Shown piece by piece: positions 1 through 7,800 of a stretch of 32,731 nt of DNA. The notes beneath the pieces are model-generated. The model was not told where the DNA came from. It searched no databases and saw only the letters and a list, made by a program, of their open reading frames with translations. Position 1 is the first letter of the stretch. Every line of letters begins with the position of its first letter. Source of the stretch: a virus (taxonomy: Duplodnaviria; Caudoviricetes); the IMG/VR virus record IMGVR_UViG_3300020044_006693, positions 1-32,731 of that record. One strand, 5' to 3'. The translations under genes were made by a program, and so were the position numbers.

Positions 1-1
1 A

Positions 2-58
2 GGTGCCAAGAAGATGGCCGCCAAGAAAATGGCTGGCAAGAAGATGATGGGCAAGTAA
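2..58 (+). CDS. 3' end of a small Lys/Met/Ala-rich basic protein (truncated by window edge)
   Basis: Frame 2 reads GAKKMAAKKMAGKKMMGK* ending at TAA 56-58, 4 nt before the next ATG; not in the ORF track. Confidence 0.6.
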   Translation, partial: GAKKMAAKKMAGKKMMGK

Positions 59-62
59 GCCT

Positions 63-470
63 ATGGCCGAGGCGGCGAGCAAATCTAATCCGGCTTTGTG
101 GAAGCGCGTTGTGGCGCGGGTCAAAGCAGGGGAGAAGGGTGGGAAGGCTGGCCAGTGGTCTGCTCGAAAGGCCCAGCTTGCCGTCTCGGCATACAAGAAA
201 GAAGGCGGTGGGTATAAGGGAGCCAAGTCCGAATCGAACTCCCTCGCCAAATGGACCAAGCAGAAGTGGACAACCAAGTCTGGTAAGCCATCGACGCAGG
301 GTAAAGAGGCAACCGGCGAACGCTATCTTCCTGAGAAGGCAATTAAGTCTTTGTCCTCGGCAGAATATGCCAAGACATCTGCGGCCAAGAGAGCAGCCCT
401 GAAGAAGGGCAAGCAATTTGCTAAGCAGCCGGAAGACGTTGCTTCGAAGGTCAAACCATTTAGGACGTGA
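63..470 (+). CDS. Basic phage protein, DUF5872-like
   Basis: Motifs NPALWKRVV..GQWSARKAQLAV..YKKEGGGY and SLAKWTKQKW..GERYLP recognised by eye. Confidence 0.65.
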   Translation: MAEAASKSNPALWKRVVARVKAGEKGGKAGQWSARKAQLAVSAYKKEGGGYKGAKSESNSLAKWTKQKWTTKSGKPSTQGKEATGERYLPEKAIKSLSSAEYAKTSAAKRAALKKGKQFAKQPEDVASKVKPFRT

Positions 471-472
471 AC

Positions 473-643
473 ATGGAAAAGAAACCTCCCCTTGGTTCCG
501 GTGAGCGGTTCAAACAGCTGACCGAGAAGCTCGAAAAGCAGGGTGCGAAGAACCCCAAGGCTCTTGCTGCCTTTATCGGCCGCAAAAAATATGGCAAGGC
601 CAAGATGCAAGAGATGGCCGCGAAGGGAAAGAAGAATGGATAA
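473..643 (+). CDS. Small basic protein, 56 aa (missed by ORF track)
   Basis: ATG 473 to TAA 641-643: MEKKPPLGSGERFKQLTEKLEKQGAKNPKALAAFIGRKKYGKAKMQEMAAKGKKNG; fills the gap exactly between neighbouring genes. Confidence 0.8.
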   Translation: MEKKPPLGSGERFKQLTEKLEKQGAKNPKALAAFIGRKKYGKAKMQEMAAKGKKNG

Positions 644-896
644 CGTCCTCAAGTTCCGACCGAAGACCTCTTACTCAAGCAAGGTTCCCGGCGAACTCTA
701 TGAGACCGCCCCTGCGGAGATCGATGACATCTTCGATATGGTCCGTGGAAACCTGAAGCAGATGGTCCTGGTCGGCATCGATGAGGACGGCGAGGCAATC
801 GTCGCTTCCTATCCGGCAGTCCTCGATCTCGATTCGGTCATGGAACTCTTTAACCTGATTAACAATTCGGTGTTCGACCATGAACAACCTAATTGA
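636..896 (+). CDS. Hypothetical acidic protein (MDNVLKFRPK...)
   Basis: ATG 636 overlaps upstream gene end, purine-rich RBS; in frame with track ORF 543..896. Confidence 0.65.
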   Translation: MDNVLKFRPKTSYSSKVPGELYETAPAEIDDIFDMVRGNLKQMVLVGIDEDGEAIVASYPAVLDLDSVMELFNLINNSVFDHEQPN

Positions 897-1092
897 TCTC
901 GGTGGCTTCACGACCCAACTGTCAGTGACAGATCGCGAGCGGCTGCGCGTCATTGTTCGCAAGGTTCATCTGCGTCACTACCCACAAGACAAACTGACCA
1001 ACTATGAGTGTGATAAACTCATTGAGGCATGGGGACCGGAAGTTGCTGGGCAGTTGGTCAAGAAGGCCGTCGATGCCGGGGTCTTCAATTGA
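880..1092 (+). CDS. Hypothetical protein upstream of terL
   Basis: 70 aa ORF tightly packed in operon; stop overlaps terL start (TTGA). Confidence 0.7.
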   Translation: MNNLIDLGGFTTQLSVTDRERLRVIVRKVHLRHYPQDKLTNYECDKLIEAWGPEVAGQLVKKAVDAGVFN

Positions 1093-2615
1093 CCTTCAGC
1101 TATAAGCCAGAGGGCGAAACCCTCAAAGCCTTTATGAAAGATAACTCCTTCTTTCGAGGGCTGCGAGGGCCGGTCGGCTCTGGCAAGTCGGTCTGCTGTG
1201 CGGTCGAACTCTTTCGTCGGGCGCTTCAACAAGAGCCAGACAAGAATGGAATGAGACGAACCCGCTGGGCCATCGTCCGAAACTCCTATCCTCAGTTGCG
1301 AACTACGACCATCAAGACCTGGCTCGATTGGTTCCCCGAAGATGTCTGGGGCAAGATGCTCTGGCATCCACCGCCATATACTCACCGCCTCAAGCGTGGG
1401 AATGTGGACATCGAAGTCATCTTCTTGGCCCTCGATAGAGCAGAAGACGTGAAGAAACTCTTGTCTCTTGAACTGACCGGCGTCTGGATCAACGAAGCGC
1501 GTGAAGTTCCAAAGGCAATTGTCGATGCCTGTACCATGCGTGTCGGTCGCTTTCCCTCGATGAAGGATGGCGGGCCTACTTGGTATGGTGTGATCGCAGA
1601 CACTAACGCACCAGATGAAGATCATTGGTGGCCGATCATGGCTGGCGAAGCGCCGCTGCCGGATCATGTCACTCGTGAAGAAGCCCTGATGCTGGTCAAG
1701 CCAGACACATGGAAGTTCTTCAATCAGCCCGGTGGCATCCTTGAGATCAAAGACAAGGATGGATCTATCACTGGATATAAGCTGAACCCGAATGCCGAGA
1801 ACCGGAAGAACCTGACGCCGGAATACTATCCCGATATTATCAAGGGCAAGGCGAAGAACTGGATCGACGTCTATACGTTGAACAAGCTGGGCTCTCTCTC
1901 AGATGGAAAGCCGATCTATCCCATGTTCACTGAAGAAATCCACGTGGCCAAAGAGCCATTGATCCCGGTCCCGAACGTCCCGATCATCGTCGGCATGGAC
2001 TTTGGTCTGACACCGGCTGCCGTTTTCTGCCAGCACATTCGTGGTAAGTGGTTGATACTACACGAACTTGTTGCCCAGGACATGGGTATCGTCCGCTTCG
2101 CGGAACTCTTCAGATTGGAACTCGCCCAGCGATTTCCTGGTATGCAAGCCCATGTTCACGGAGATCCGGCGGGTGACTATCGCGCTCAAACGGATGAGCG
2201 GACGCCATTCCAGATCCTTCGCTCGGCTGGCATCAAAGCCTATCCCGCTGGGAACAATGATGTTTCGCTTCGCCTCGAAGCAGTCTCGACCACATTGAGC
2301 CGTCTCATCGATGGCCAATCTGGTTTCTTGATTGACCAGCGATGCGTCAATCTTCTCAAAGGTTTCCGTGGTGGCTATCAGTACCGCCGTCTTCAGGTCT
2401 CAGGTACGGATCGCTATGAGGAGAAGCCGAACAAGAACAAGTTCTCCCATGTTCATGACGCACTGCAATATGCGCTGATTGGTGGCGGTGAAGGCCGAGC
2501 CTTGACCAATACGGGACAGAACCAAAGACCGGTTGTGGCCAAGCGGGACTTCGATGTCTTCACCCGCCAGCCTATTGCTCGTCGGCCATCGCGTGTTAGG
2601 TTCGGTCCATTGTAG
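1089..2615 (+). CDS. terL: Terminase large subunit
   Basis: Walker A GPVGSGKS, Walker B VWINEARE, motif III DTNAP, nuclease GMDFGLTPA and HVHDALQY; likely TTG start at 1089 (track ORF begins 1029). Confidence 0.95.
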   Translation: MTFSYKPEGETLKAFMKDNSFFRGLRGPVGSGKSVCCAVELFRRALQQEPDKNGMRRTRWAIVRNSYPQLRTTTIKTWLDWFPEDVWGKMLWHPPPYTHRLKRGNVDIEVIFLALDRAEDVKKLLSLELTGVWINEAREVPKAIVDACTMRVGRFPSMKDGGPTWYGVIADTNAPDEDHWWPIMAGEAPLPDHVTREEALMLVKPDTWKFFNQPGGILEIKDKDGSITGYKLNPNAENRKNLTPEYYPDIIKGKAKNWIDVYTLNKLGSLSDGKPIYPMFTEEIHVAKEPLIPVPNVPIIVGMDFGLTPAAVFCQHIRGKWLILHELVAQDMGIVRFAELFRLELAQRFPGMQAHVHGDPAGDYRAQTDERTPFQILRSAGIKAYPAGNNDVSLRLEAVSTTLSRLIDGQSGFLIDQRCVNLLKGFRGGYQYRRLQVSGTDRYEEKPNKNKFSHVHDALQYALIGGGEGRALTNTGQNQRPVVAKRDFDVFTRQPIARRPSRVRFGPL

Positions 2616-2620
2616 TCAAA

Positions 2621-2640
2621 ACTGCACACTTGCAAGTGTG
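2621..2640. promoter_or_regulatory. Operator-like site ACTGCACACTTGCA merged with 16-bp palindrome CACACTTGCAAGTGTG (2625-2640)
   Basis: Same 14-mer at 28512-28525 (reverse) and 30511-30524, all at gene boundaries. Confidence 0.65.
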
Positions 2641-2679
2641 GGTAAATCTCTAAGTCATATTTCCTTTCAGGAGATCCCA

Positions 2680-2901
2680 ATGTGCTTTAATCCTCCCAAG
2701 CCCCCACCGCCTCCGCCGGAAGATCCTGCTCTGAAGCAGCAGCGCGAAGACGCTTTGGCTGCGGCCCAGACTGAGAAGTCTGAAAACAAAGAGCGCCGTA
2801 TGCAGGAACAGGCTATTCGCTCTGGTGGCATGGCTGGCTTTCGCTCTTTGATTTCGGGTAACAAGGGTGGTGGCGGCTTCGGTCGTGGTCTCTTGGGATA
2901 A
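2680..2901 (+). CDS. Small Pro-rich virion-associated protein preceding portal
   Basis: CAGGAG RBS then ATG 2680; MCFNPPKPPPPPPEDP..; position as for the small pre-portal genes of T7-like phages. Confidence 0.75.
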   Translation: MCFNPPKPPPPPPEDPALKQQREDALAAAQTEKSENKERRMQEQAIRSGGMAGFRSLISGNKGGGGFGRGLLG

Positions 2902-2916
2902 AGGCTAAAGCCAAAG

Positions 2917-4482
2917 ATGATTATCAACGAGCCGCTTCCCGATACTTCTGGCAATGAATCCGAGGTCTTGAGCAATCGCTTTCGGCGAGCCAAGACTATT
3001 AAGGATCTGTGGCTCCCCAAGTTTGAGGAGTGCTATGAGTATTCGATGCCGCAGCGTGAGAGTTTGTATGCTCAGACGCAGGCTCAGGTTCGCACAGATA
3101 AGATCTTCGATGAGACGGCGGTGGTCGGTGTTCAGGAGTTTGCATCGCGACTTCAGTCCGGTCTTGTCCCGAACTATGCTCGATGGGCAGAACTGATCGC
3201 TGGCTCTGAGATCCCGGCTGATCAGCAGCAGGAAGTCGACAAGGCTCTCGAAGAAGTCACGAACTATATCTTCGAGATTATCCAGAACTCAAACTTCGCT
3301 CAGGAAGCCAACGAGGCTTTCCTGGATCTGGCAGTCGGCACTGGCTGTCTCCAGATCACAGAAGGCGATGCCGTCAACCCAATCCTCTTTACCGCTGTCC
3401 CCTTGGGCCAGTTGTATCTGGACATCGGGCCTGATGATCGTATCGATCATATCTTCCGTGAGCGTTCGCTCCGCGCATCGAATATCAAGGTTGCCTATCC
3501 CAAGGCAAAAATCCCCGCCGAACTTCAGCGCAAGCTCGACTCTGGCAAGGATGAGCATATCAACCTAGTTGATTGCACCTACCGTCTCTATAATTCGCTG
3601 GACGAAGAACACCAACGTGTAGTCTTTGATCCGAAAACCAAGGACATCTACTTCAAAGAAAAGTTCTCTGGCGTTGGCTCGGGCCAGTATATTGCCTTCC
3701 GTTGGTCCAAGGTGGCTGGCGAAGTCTATGGCCGTGGACCGCTGATGAATGCCATGCCCGCAATCAAGACCTGTAACCTGACGGTTCAGATGGTTCTTGA
3801 GAACGCGCAGATGGCGATCTCTGGTTTCTACACGATGGAAGATGATGGTGTCATTAATCCAGACACCGTTCAGATCTTGCCGGGAACCATTGTGCCAATC
3901 GCACCGGGATCGAGCGGGCTCCGTCCTGTCGCTCCGGCTGGCGATTTTAATATCAGTCAGCTTATCTTGTCGGACATGCGGATGAACATTCGCAAGGCTC
4001 TGTATAATGACATGCTCGGCAATCCTGATAAGACGCCGATGAGTGCCACTGAGGTGGCGCAGCGCATGTCTGATCTTTCGCGTCAGATCGGGGCATCCTT
4101 CGGCCGCCTTCAGGCAGAGTTCGTCAATCCAGTTTTGCGTCGAGTTGTGTATATCTTGAAGAAGCAGGGGCGCATTAACCTTCCGACCGTCAATGGTCGC
4201 GAGGTCAAGGTCCGCTCAACAAGCCCGCTCGCTCAGGCACAAGCGCAGCAGGACATTGTTGTGTTCGACCGCTTTGTAGAATTGGTGCAGGGTCGCTTCG
4301 GTCCCCAGCTTGTCAATCTGCTGGTCAAGAGCGAAGATGCAGCCAAGTATCTGGCTGACAAGTTTGGCGTTCCAGAGCGACTGCTTCGCTCGGACAAAGA
4401 GCGTGCGGATCTTGTTGCCCAACTTACTCAGTTACAGGGAGCTATGAATGGTGGAGAAACGCCTCCAGGTGGTGGGGCCTGA
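2917..4482 (+). CDS. Portal / head-tail connector (T7 gp8-like)
   Basis: 521 aa; IFDETAV..FASRL, DLAVGTG, RWSKVAGEVYGRGP, MSATEV motifs. Confidence 0.95.
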   Translation: MIINEPLPDTSGNESEVLSNRFRRAKTIKDLWLPKFEECYEYSMPQRESLYAQTQAQVRTDKIFDETAVVGVQEFASRLQSGLVPNYARWAELIAGSEIPADQQQEVDKALEEVTNYIFEIIQNSNFAQEANEAFLDLAVGTGCLQITEGDAVNPILFTAVPLGQLYLDIGPDDRIDHIFRERSLRASNIKVAYPKAKIPAELQRKLDSGKDEHINLVDCTYRLYNSLDEEHQRVVFDPKTKDIYFKEKFSGVGSGQYIAFRWSKVAGEVYGRGPLMNAMPAIKTCNLTVQMVLENAQMAISGFYTMEDDGVINPDTVQILPGTIVPIAPGSSGLRPVAPAGDFNISQLILSDMRMNIRKALYNDMLGNPDKTPMSATEVAQRMSDLSRQIGASFGRLQAEFVNPVLRRVVYILKKQGRINLPTVNGREVKVRSTSPLAQAQAQQDIVVFDRFVELVQGRFGPQLVNLLVKSEDAAKYLADKFGVPERLLRSDKERADLVAQLTQLQGAMNGGETPPGGGA

Positions 4483-4705
4483 CGGGATCCCCCGTCCTCC
4501 CGACAAAGAGCAAGAACTCAACAAGATCTTCAATGGCGTATTTAGCGGGGCTGCCGGATCGGAAGCCTTGCGCTATTTGCGTTCTATAACCATTGAAGCC
4601 GTGTCAGGGCCGAACGTCACATCCAACGAACTGTTCCACCGTGAAGGGATGCGCTACCTTGTAGGCATCATTGAACAGCGAATCTCAAGGGGAAAAAATG
4701 GCTGA
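4448..4705 (+). CDS. Bbp19-like small protein
   Basis: VFSGAAGSEALRYL...REGMRYLV..I pattern; conserved position between portal and scaffold. Confidence 0.7.
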   Translation: MVEKRLQVVGPDGIPRPPDKEQELNKIFNGVFSGAAGSEALRYLRSITIEAVSGPNVTSNELFHREGMRYLVGIIEQRISRGKNG

Positions 4706-5465
4706 TAGTCTTATTTCTGGAAACCAGGGTGCGCCCGATGGCGCGGTCAACGATCAGATTACCGATGCGGTAACACAGGGCCAGCAAGAGCAGCGGCCTG
4801 ATTGGCTGCCGGAAAACTTCTGGGTCGATGGCAAACCGAACTATGAGAACCTTGCCAAAAGCTATAGTGAGATCCGAACCAAGTTCGGCAGCAAGGAAGA
4901 AGATCTCCGCACTCGGATCATCGATGAGCTTTCGTCTGAAGCCATTGCTGGCCGACCGGAAGCTGCTGATAAATATGAACTTCCTGAAATCGAAGGTTTC
5001 AATCTTCAGGAGATGGCAAACCATCCCATGACCCAATGGTGGTCCGAGTTTGCCTTTGAGAACGGCTTCGATCAGGACACGTTCAAGACCGGCATCCAGA
5101 AATATATTGAAGCAAAGATGTCCGATATGCCGGACTTCGATGCCGAGATGAAGGCGCTGGGCGACAATGCCAAGGCTCGCACTGAGGCTGTTGGTCTATG
5201 GGTCAACAAGAACTTTGACGAGACGGAGCGTGGTCAGATTGAAAAGCTCTGTGCCACCGCTGAAGGGGTCAAGACCATGGAGAAGGTCATGGCCATGCTC
5301 AAGGATGGTGGGTCAAGTTCAGCCTTTGAACCGCCGCCGGAGGTGACTGATAAGGACGTCCAGAAGATGATGATGGATCGTCGTTACTGGCATCCGGCAG
5401 ATCGAGATCCGAACTACGTGGCCAAGATCGAGGCCCACTTCCGTAAGAAGTACGGTGTCGGCTAG
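4698..5465 (+). CDS. Capsid scaffolding / assembly protein
   Basis: ATG 4698 after AAGGGG; RPDWLPENFW..LAKSYSE, C-terminal RYW..DPNYVAKI; acidic helical; synteny. Confidence 0.8.
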   Translation: MADSLISGNQGAPDGAVNDQITDAVTQGQQEQRPDWLPENFWVDGKPNYENLAKSYSEIRTKFGSKEEDLRTRIIDELSSEAIAGRPEAADKYELPEIEGFNLQEMANHPMTQWWSEFAFENGFDQDTFKTGIQKYIEAKMSDMPDFDAEMKALGDNAKARTEAVGLWVNKNFDETERGQIEKLCATAEGVKTMEKVMAMLKDGGSSSAFEPPPEVTDKDVQKMMMDRRYWHPADRDPNYVAKIEAHFRKKYGVG

Positions 5466-5923
5466 TGCTGGTTCGGCGCTTTGAGGCCCAAGATCTTGAG
5501 GAGTGCATTCTCCTTGGGGCTATGATGCACGAGGAAAGTGTCTTTAGAGATCAACCATTTAGCAGAGATCGGCTGGCTTTTTTGGCCCATCTCTGTGTAA
5601 CTAATCAAGACTATGCCTGTTTTGTAGCCGAGCGAAATGGGCAAGTCATTGGATTAATGGTTGGTCTTAAAGGCCAGCACTTCTTCTCCGATAGCAAGTA
5701 CGCTGCTGATCTGGCTCTCTATGTCGAACCACGCCATAGAGGGTCAACGGCAGCAATTCGGCTTGTCATTGAGTTCTCCAAATGGGCCGAGGCTTCTGGC
5801 TGCAATGAGATCCGCTGCGGGGTCACGACCGGAATTAATGATGAGGTTGGCGGCAAGATCTATAAGCGGTTCGGGTTCCAAGATGGCGGTTCCCTGTACG
5901 TAAAAAAGATTAGTCCATTGTAA
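5465..5923 (+). CDS. GNAT-family acetyltransferase
   Basis: FVAERNGQVIG, LYVEPRHRGS (acetyl-CoA motif A), KIYKRFGF. Confidence 0.85.
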   Translation: MLVRRFEAQDLEECILLGAMMHEESVFRDQPFSRDRLAFLAHLCVTNQDYACFVAERNGQVIGLMVGLKGQHFFSDSKYAADLALYVEPRHRGSTAAIRLVIEFSKWAEASGCNEIRCGVTTGINDEVGGKIYKRFGFQDGGSLYVKKISPL

Positions 5924-6057
5924 TCAGTGGCCTAAAAGAAAAAGTCTAGCACAGGCCCGCATAGCTGGTTGAGCCCCGTAAGGGATAACTCTTCCCCCGG
6001 TGATTGTCGGATAACCTATTCACCACAGGTTTCATCAAACTTTGAAAGGGCAGGATC

Positions 6058-6879
6058 ATGGCTATCACCATTGACCAGGCTTTTATCAAGCAGTTTGAGT
6101 CCGAAGTTCACATGGCCTATCAGCGCCAGGGCTCCAAGCTGCTTAACACGGTTCGCTTCAAGAACTCGGTTCAGGGTAAATCCACGACTTTCCAGAAGGT
6201 TGGTAAGGGCGTGGCTGCAACCAAGAGCCGTCATGGCAATCTCCCTGTCATGAACGTCGATCACACGAACGTCGAGTGCAACCTCTCTGACTACTATGCT
6301 TCGGACTATGTTGATAAGCTCGATGAGCTGAAGATCAACATTGACGAGCGTCAGGTTGTTGCTTCGTCTGCTGCTTACAGCCTTGGCCGTAAGTCGGACG
6401 ATCTCATCCTCACGGCTGCCGACTCGACTTCGAACACGATCACTGAGTCCAGCACCGATGGTCTGACCCAGACGAAGATCAACACCGTCTTCGAATACTT
6501 CGGCACGAATGATGTGCCGGACGATGGCGAGCGTTACTTTGTCATCAGCCCTGCTGGCTGGGTCGATCTGCTCGGGATCTCGGCGTTCTCGGACGCTGAC
6601 TTCGTTGGCTCGGACGATCTCCCCTACAAGGGCGGCATGGTTGCCAAGCGTTGGCTCGGCTTCATGTGGATGACGCACTCTGGCCTGTCGATCTCTTCGA
6701 CAATCCGTAAGTGCTTCGCCTATCACCGCTCTGCCATCGGCATGGCCTCGGGCCAGGACGTTTCGACGGAAGTCAACTACGTCGCCGAAAAGGCAGCGCA
6801 TCTTGTCACGGCTATGATGTCACAGGGCTCTGTCCTGATCGACACCACGGGCGTGTACGAAGTCCAGATCAAGGAGTAA
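6058..6879 (+). CDS. Major capsid protein
   Basis: 273 aa; IDQAFIKQFESEVHMAYQRQGSKL, DYVDKLDELK, AYSLGRKSD; strong codon bias; RBS AGGGCAGGA; synteny. Confidence 0.9.
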   Translation: MAITIDQAFIKQFESEVHMAYQRQGSKLLNTVRFKNSVQGKSTTFQKVGKGVAATKSRHGNLPVMNVDHTNVECNLSDYYASDYVDKLDELKINIDERQVVASSAAYSLGRKSDDLILTAADSTSNTITESSTDGLTQTKINTVFEYFGTNDVPDDGERYFVISPAGWVDLLGISAFSDADFVGSDDLPYKGGMVAKRWLGFMWMTHSGLSISSTIRKCFAYHRSAIGMASGQDVSTEVNYVAEKAAHLVTAMMSQGSVLIDTTGVYEVQIKE

Positions 6880-6885
6880 CTCATC

Positions 6886-7131
6886 ATGGCTCTTGTTGCT
6901 ACTGACCTCGTGAAGGTCGCTGGTGGCGCTCGTCAGGTGTGGCACTACACCTCTGCTGACGCACCTGGTACGATTGCTGGTTCTGGTTACTTCAACGATG
7001 TAACTTCGAACCTTCGTCAGTGGGATACCATCCTCACGGTTGGTACTACTGGCGGCACTGTTACCGTTGATCTTCTGGTTGTCACGTCCGCTACGGGCGC
7101 GGCTACCGTTACGACCACCAATGGTACTTGA
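6886..7131 (+). CDS. Small Thr-rich virion protein (capsid decoration/minor capsid candidate)
   Basis: AAGGAG RBS overlapping MCP end; co-transcribed before terminator; WHYTSAD..GYFND. Confidence 0.7.
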   Translation: MALVATDLVKVAGGARQVWHYTSADAPGTIAGSGYFNDVTSNLRQWDTILTVGTTGGTVTVDLLVVTSATGAATVTTTNGT

Positions 7132-7164
7132 TAGATTTCTCTCGCATTGAGAGTTTTCTTTCAT

Positions 7165-7193
7165 GCGGGTGGGGCTTCGGTTCCACCCGCTTT
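7165..7193 (+). terminator. Rho-independent terminator after capsid genes
   Basis: GCGGGTGGGGC-TTCG-GTTCCACCCGC 11-bp stem (2 G:U) with cUUCGg loop, followed by short TTT. Confidence 0.8.
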
Positions 7194-7209
7194 ACTATAA
7201 GAGGGCATC

Positions 7210-7797
7210 GTGGCTATTACTGATATCGATATCTGCGCTCGCGCTCTTATTCTGATCGGCGCAAGCCCCATCACATCCTTCGATGATGGAACGACTGAAG
7301 CAACTGTTGCGGCCAATCTCTATGAAGATACGGTGCGTGATATGCTGTCGCGTCATCGTTGGCGTTTTGCTAGCGGTCAGGCCCAGCTTTCTCGCTTGGT
7401 CGATGCTCCTGATGCAAGATGGGATGCGGCCTATCAGCTTCCCGCAGATCTTCTGGTCCTTCATAGTGTCACGGTCACTGATGACCAGATTGCCTATGAT
7501 CGCTATCAGGACAAGATCTATTGCAATGCCACAAGTGAAGATGTGGTCTTTGCTGACTACACCTTTCAGGCGAATGAAGATCTCTGGCCTCCGCACTTTG
7601 TGACGGCTGTCCAGTATCAGCTTGCCTCGATCTTTGCCTATTCGGTCGCAGCCCAAGAAGGGCTCTCGGAGATGTTTGAGAAACGCTGTATGCGTCAACT
7701 CATGATTAGCCGGACTATCGATAGTCAGAGCCAGACAACTCGCCGCTTGAACGTCCAGCGGTTCAATCAGGTGCGGACTACGACGAGAGGTTTTTAA
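7210..7797 (+). CDS. Tail tubular protein A / adaptor (T7 gp11-like)
   Basis: IDICARALILIGASPITSF, HRWRFA, YQLPAD motifs. Confidence 0.88.
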   Translation: MAITDIDICARALILIGASPITSFDDGTTEATVAANLYEDTVRDMLSRHRWRFASGQAQLSRLVDAPDARWDAAYQLPADLLVLHSVTVTDDQIAYDRYQDKIYCNATSEDVVFADYTFQANEDLWPPHFVTAVQYQLASIFAYSVAAQEGLSEMFEKRCMRQLMISRTIDSQSQTTRRLNVQRFNQVRTTTRGF

Positions 7798-7800
7798 CCG

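Noticed and set aside
5983-6015. GGATAAC as DnaA boxes for the phage DnaA-C protein
   Set aside because: Only partial match to TGTGGATAA; better explained by RNA structure
6016-6801. 261-aa antisense ORF over the capsid gene (and similar shadow ORFs over terL, gp11, endolysin)
   Set aside because: Expected by-product of codon bias on the sense strand; no recognisable motifs or RBS
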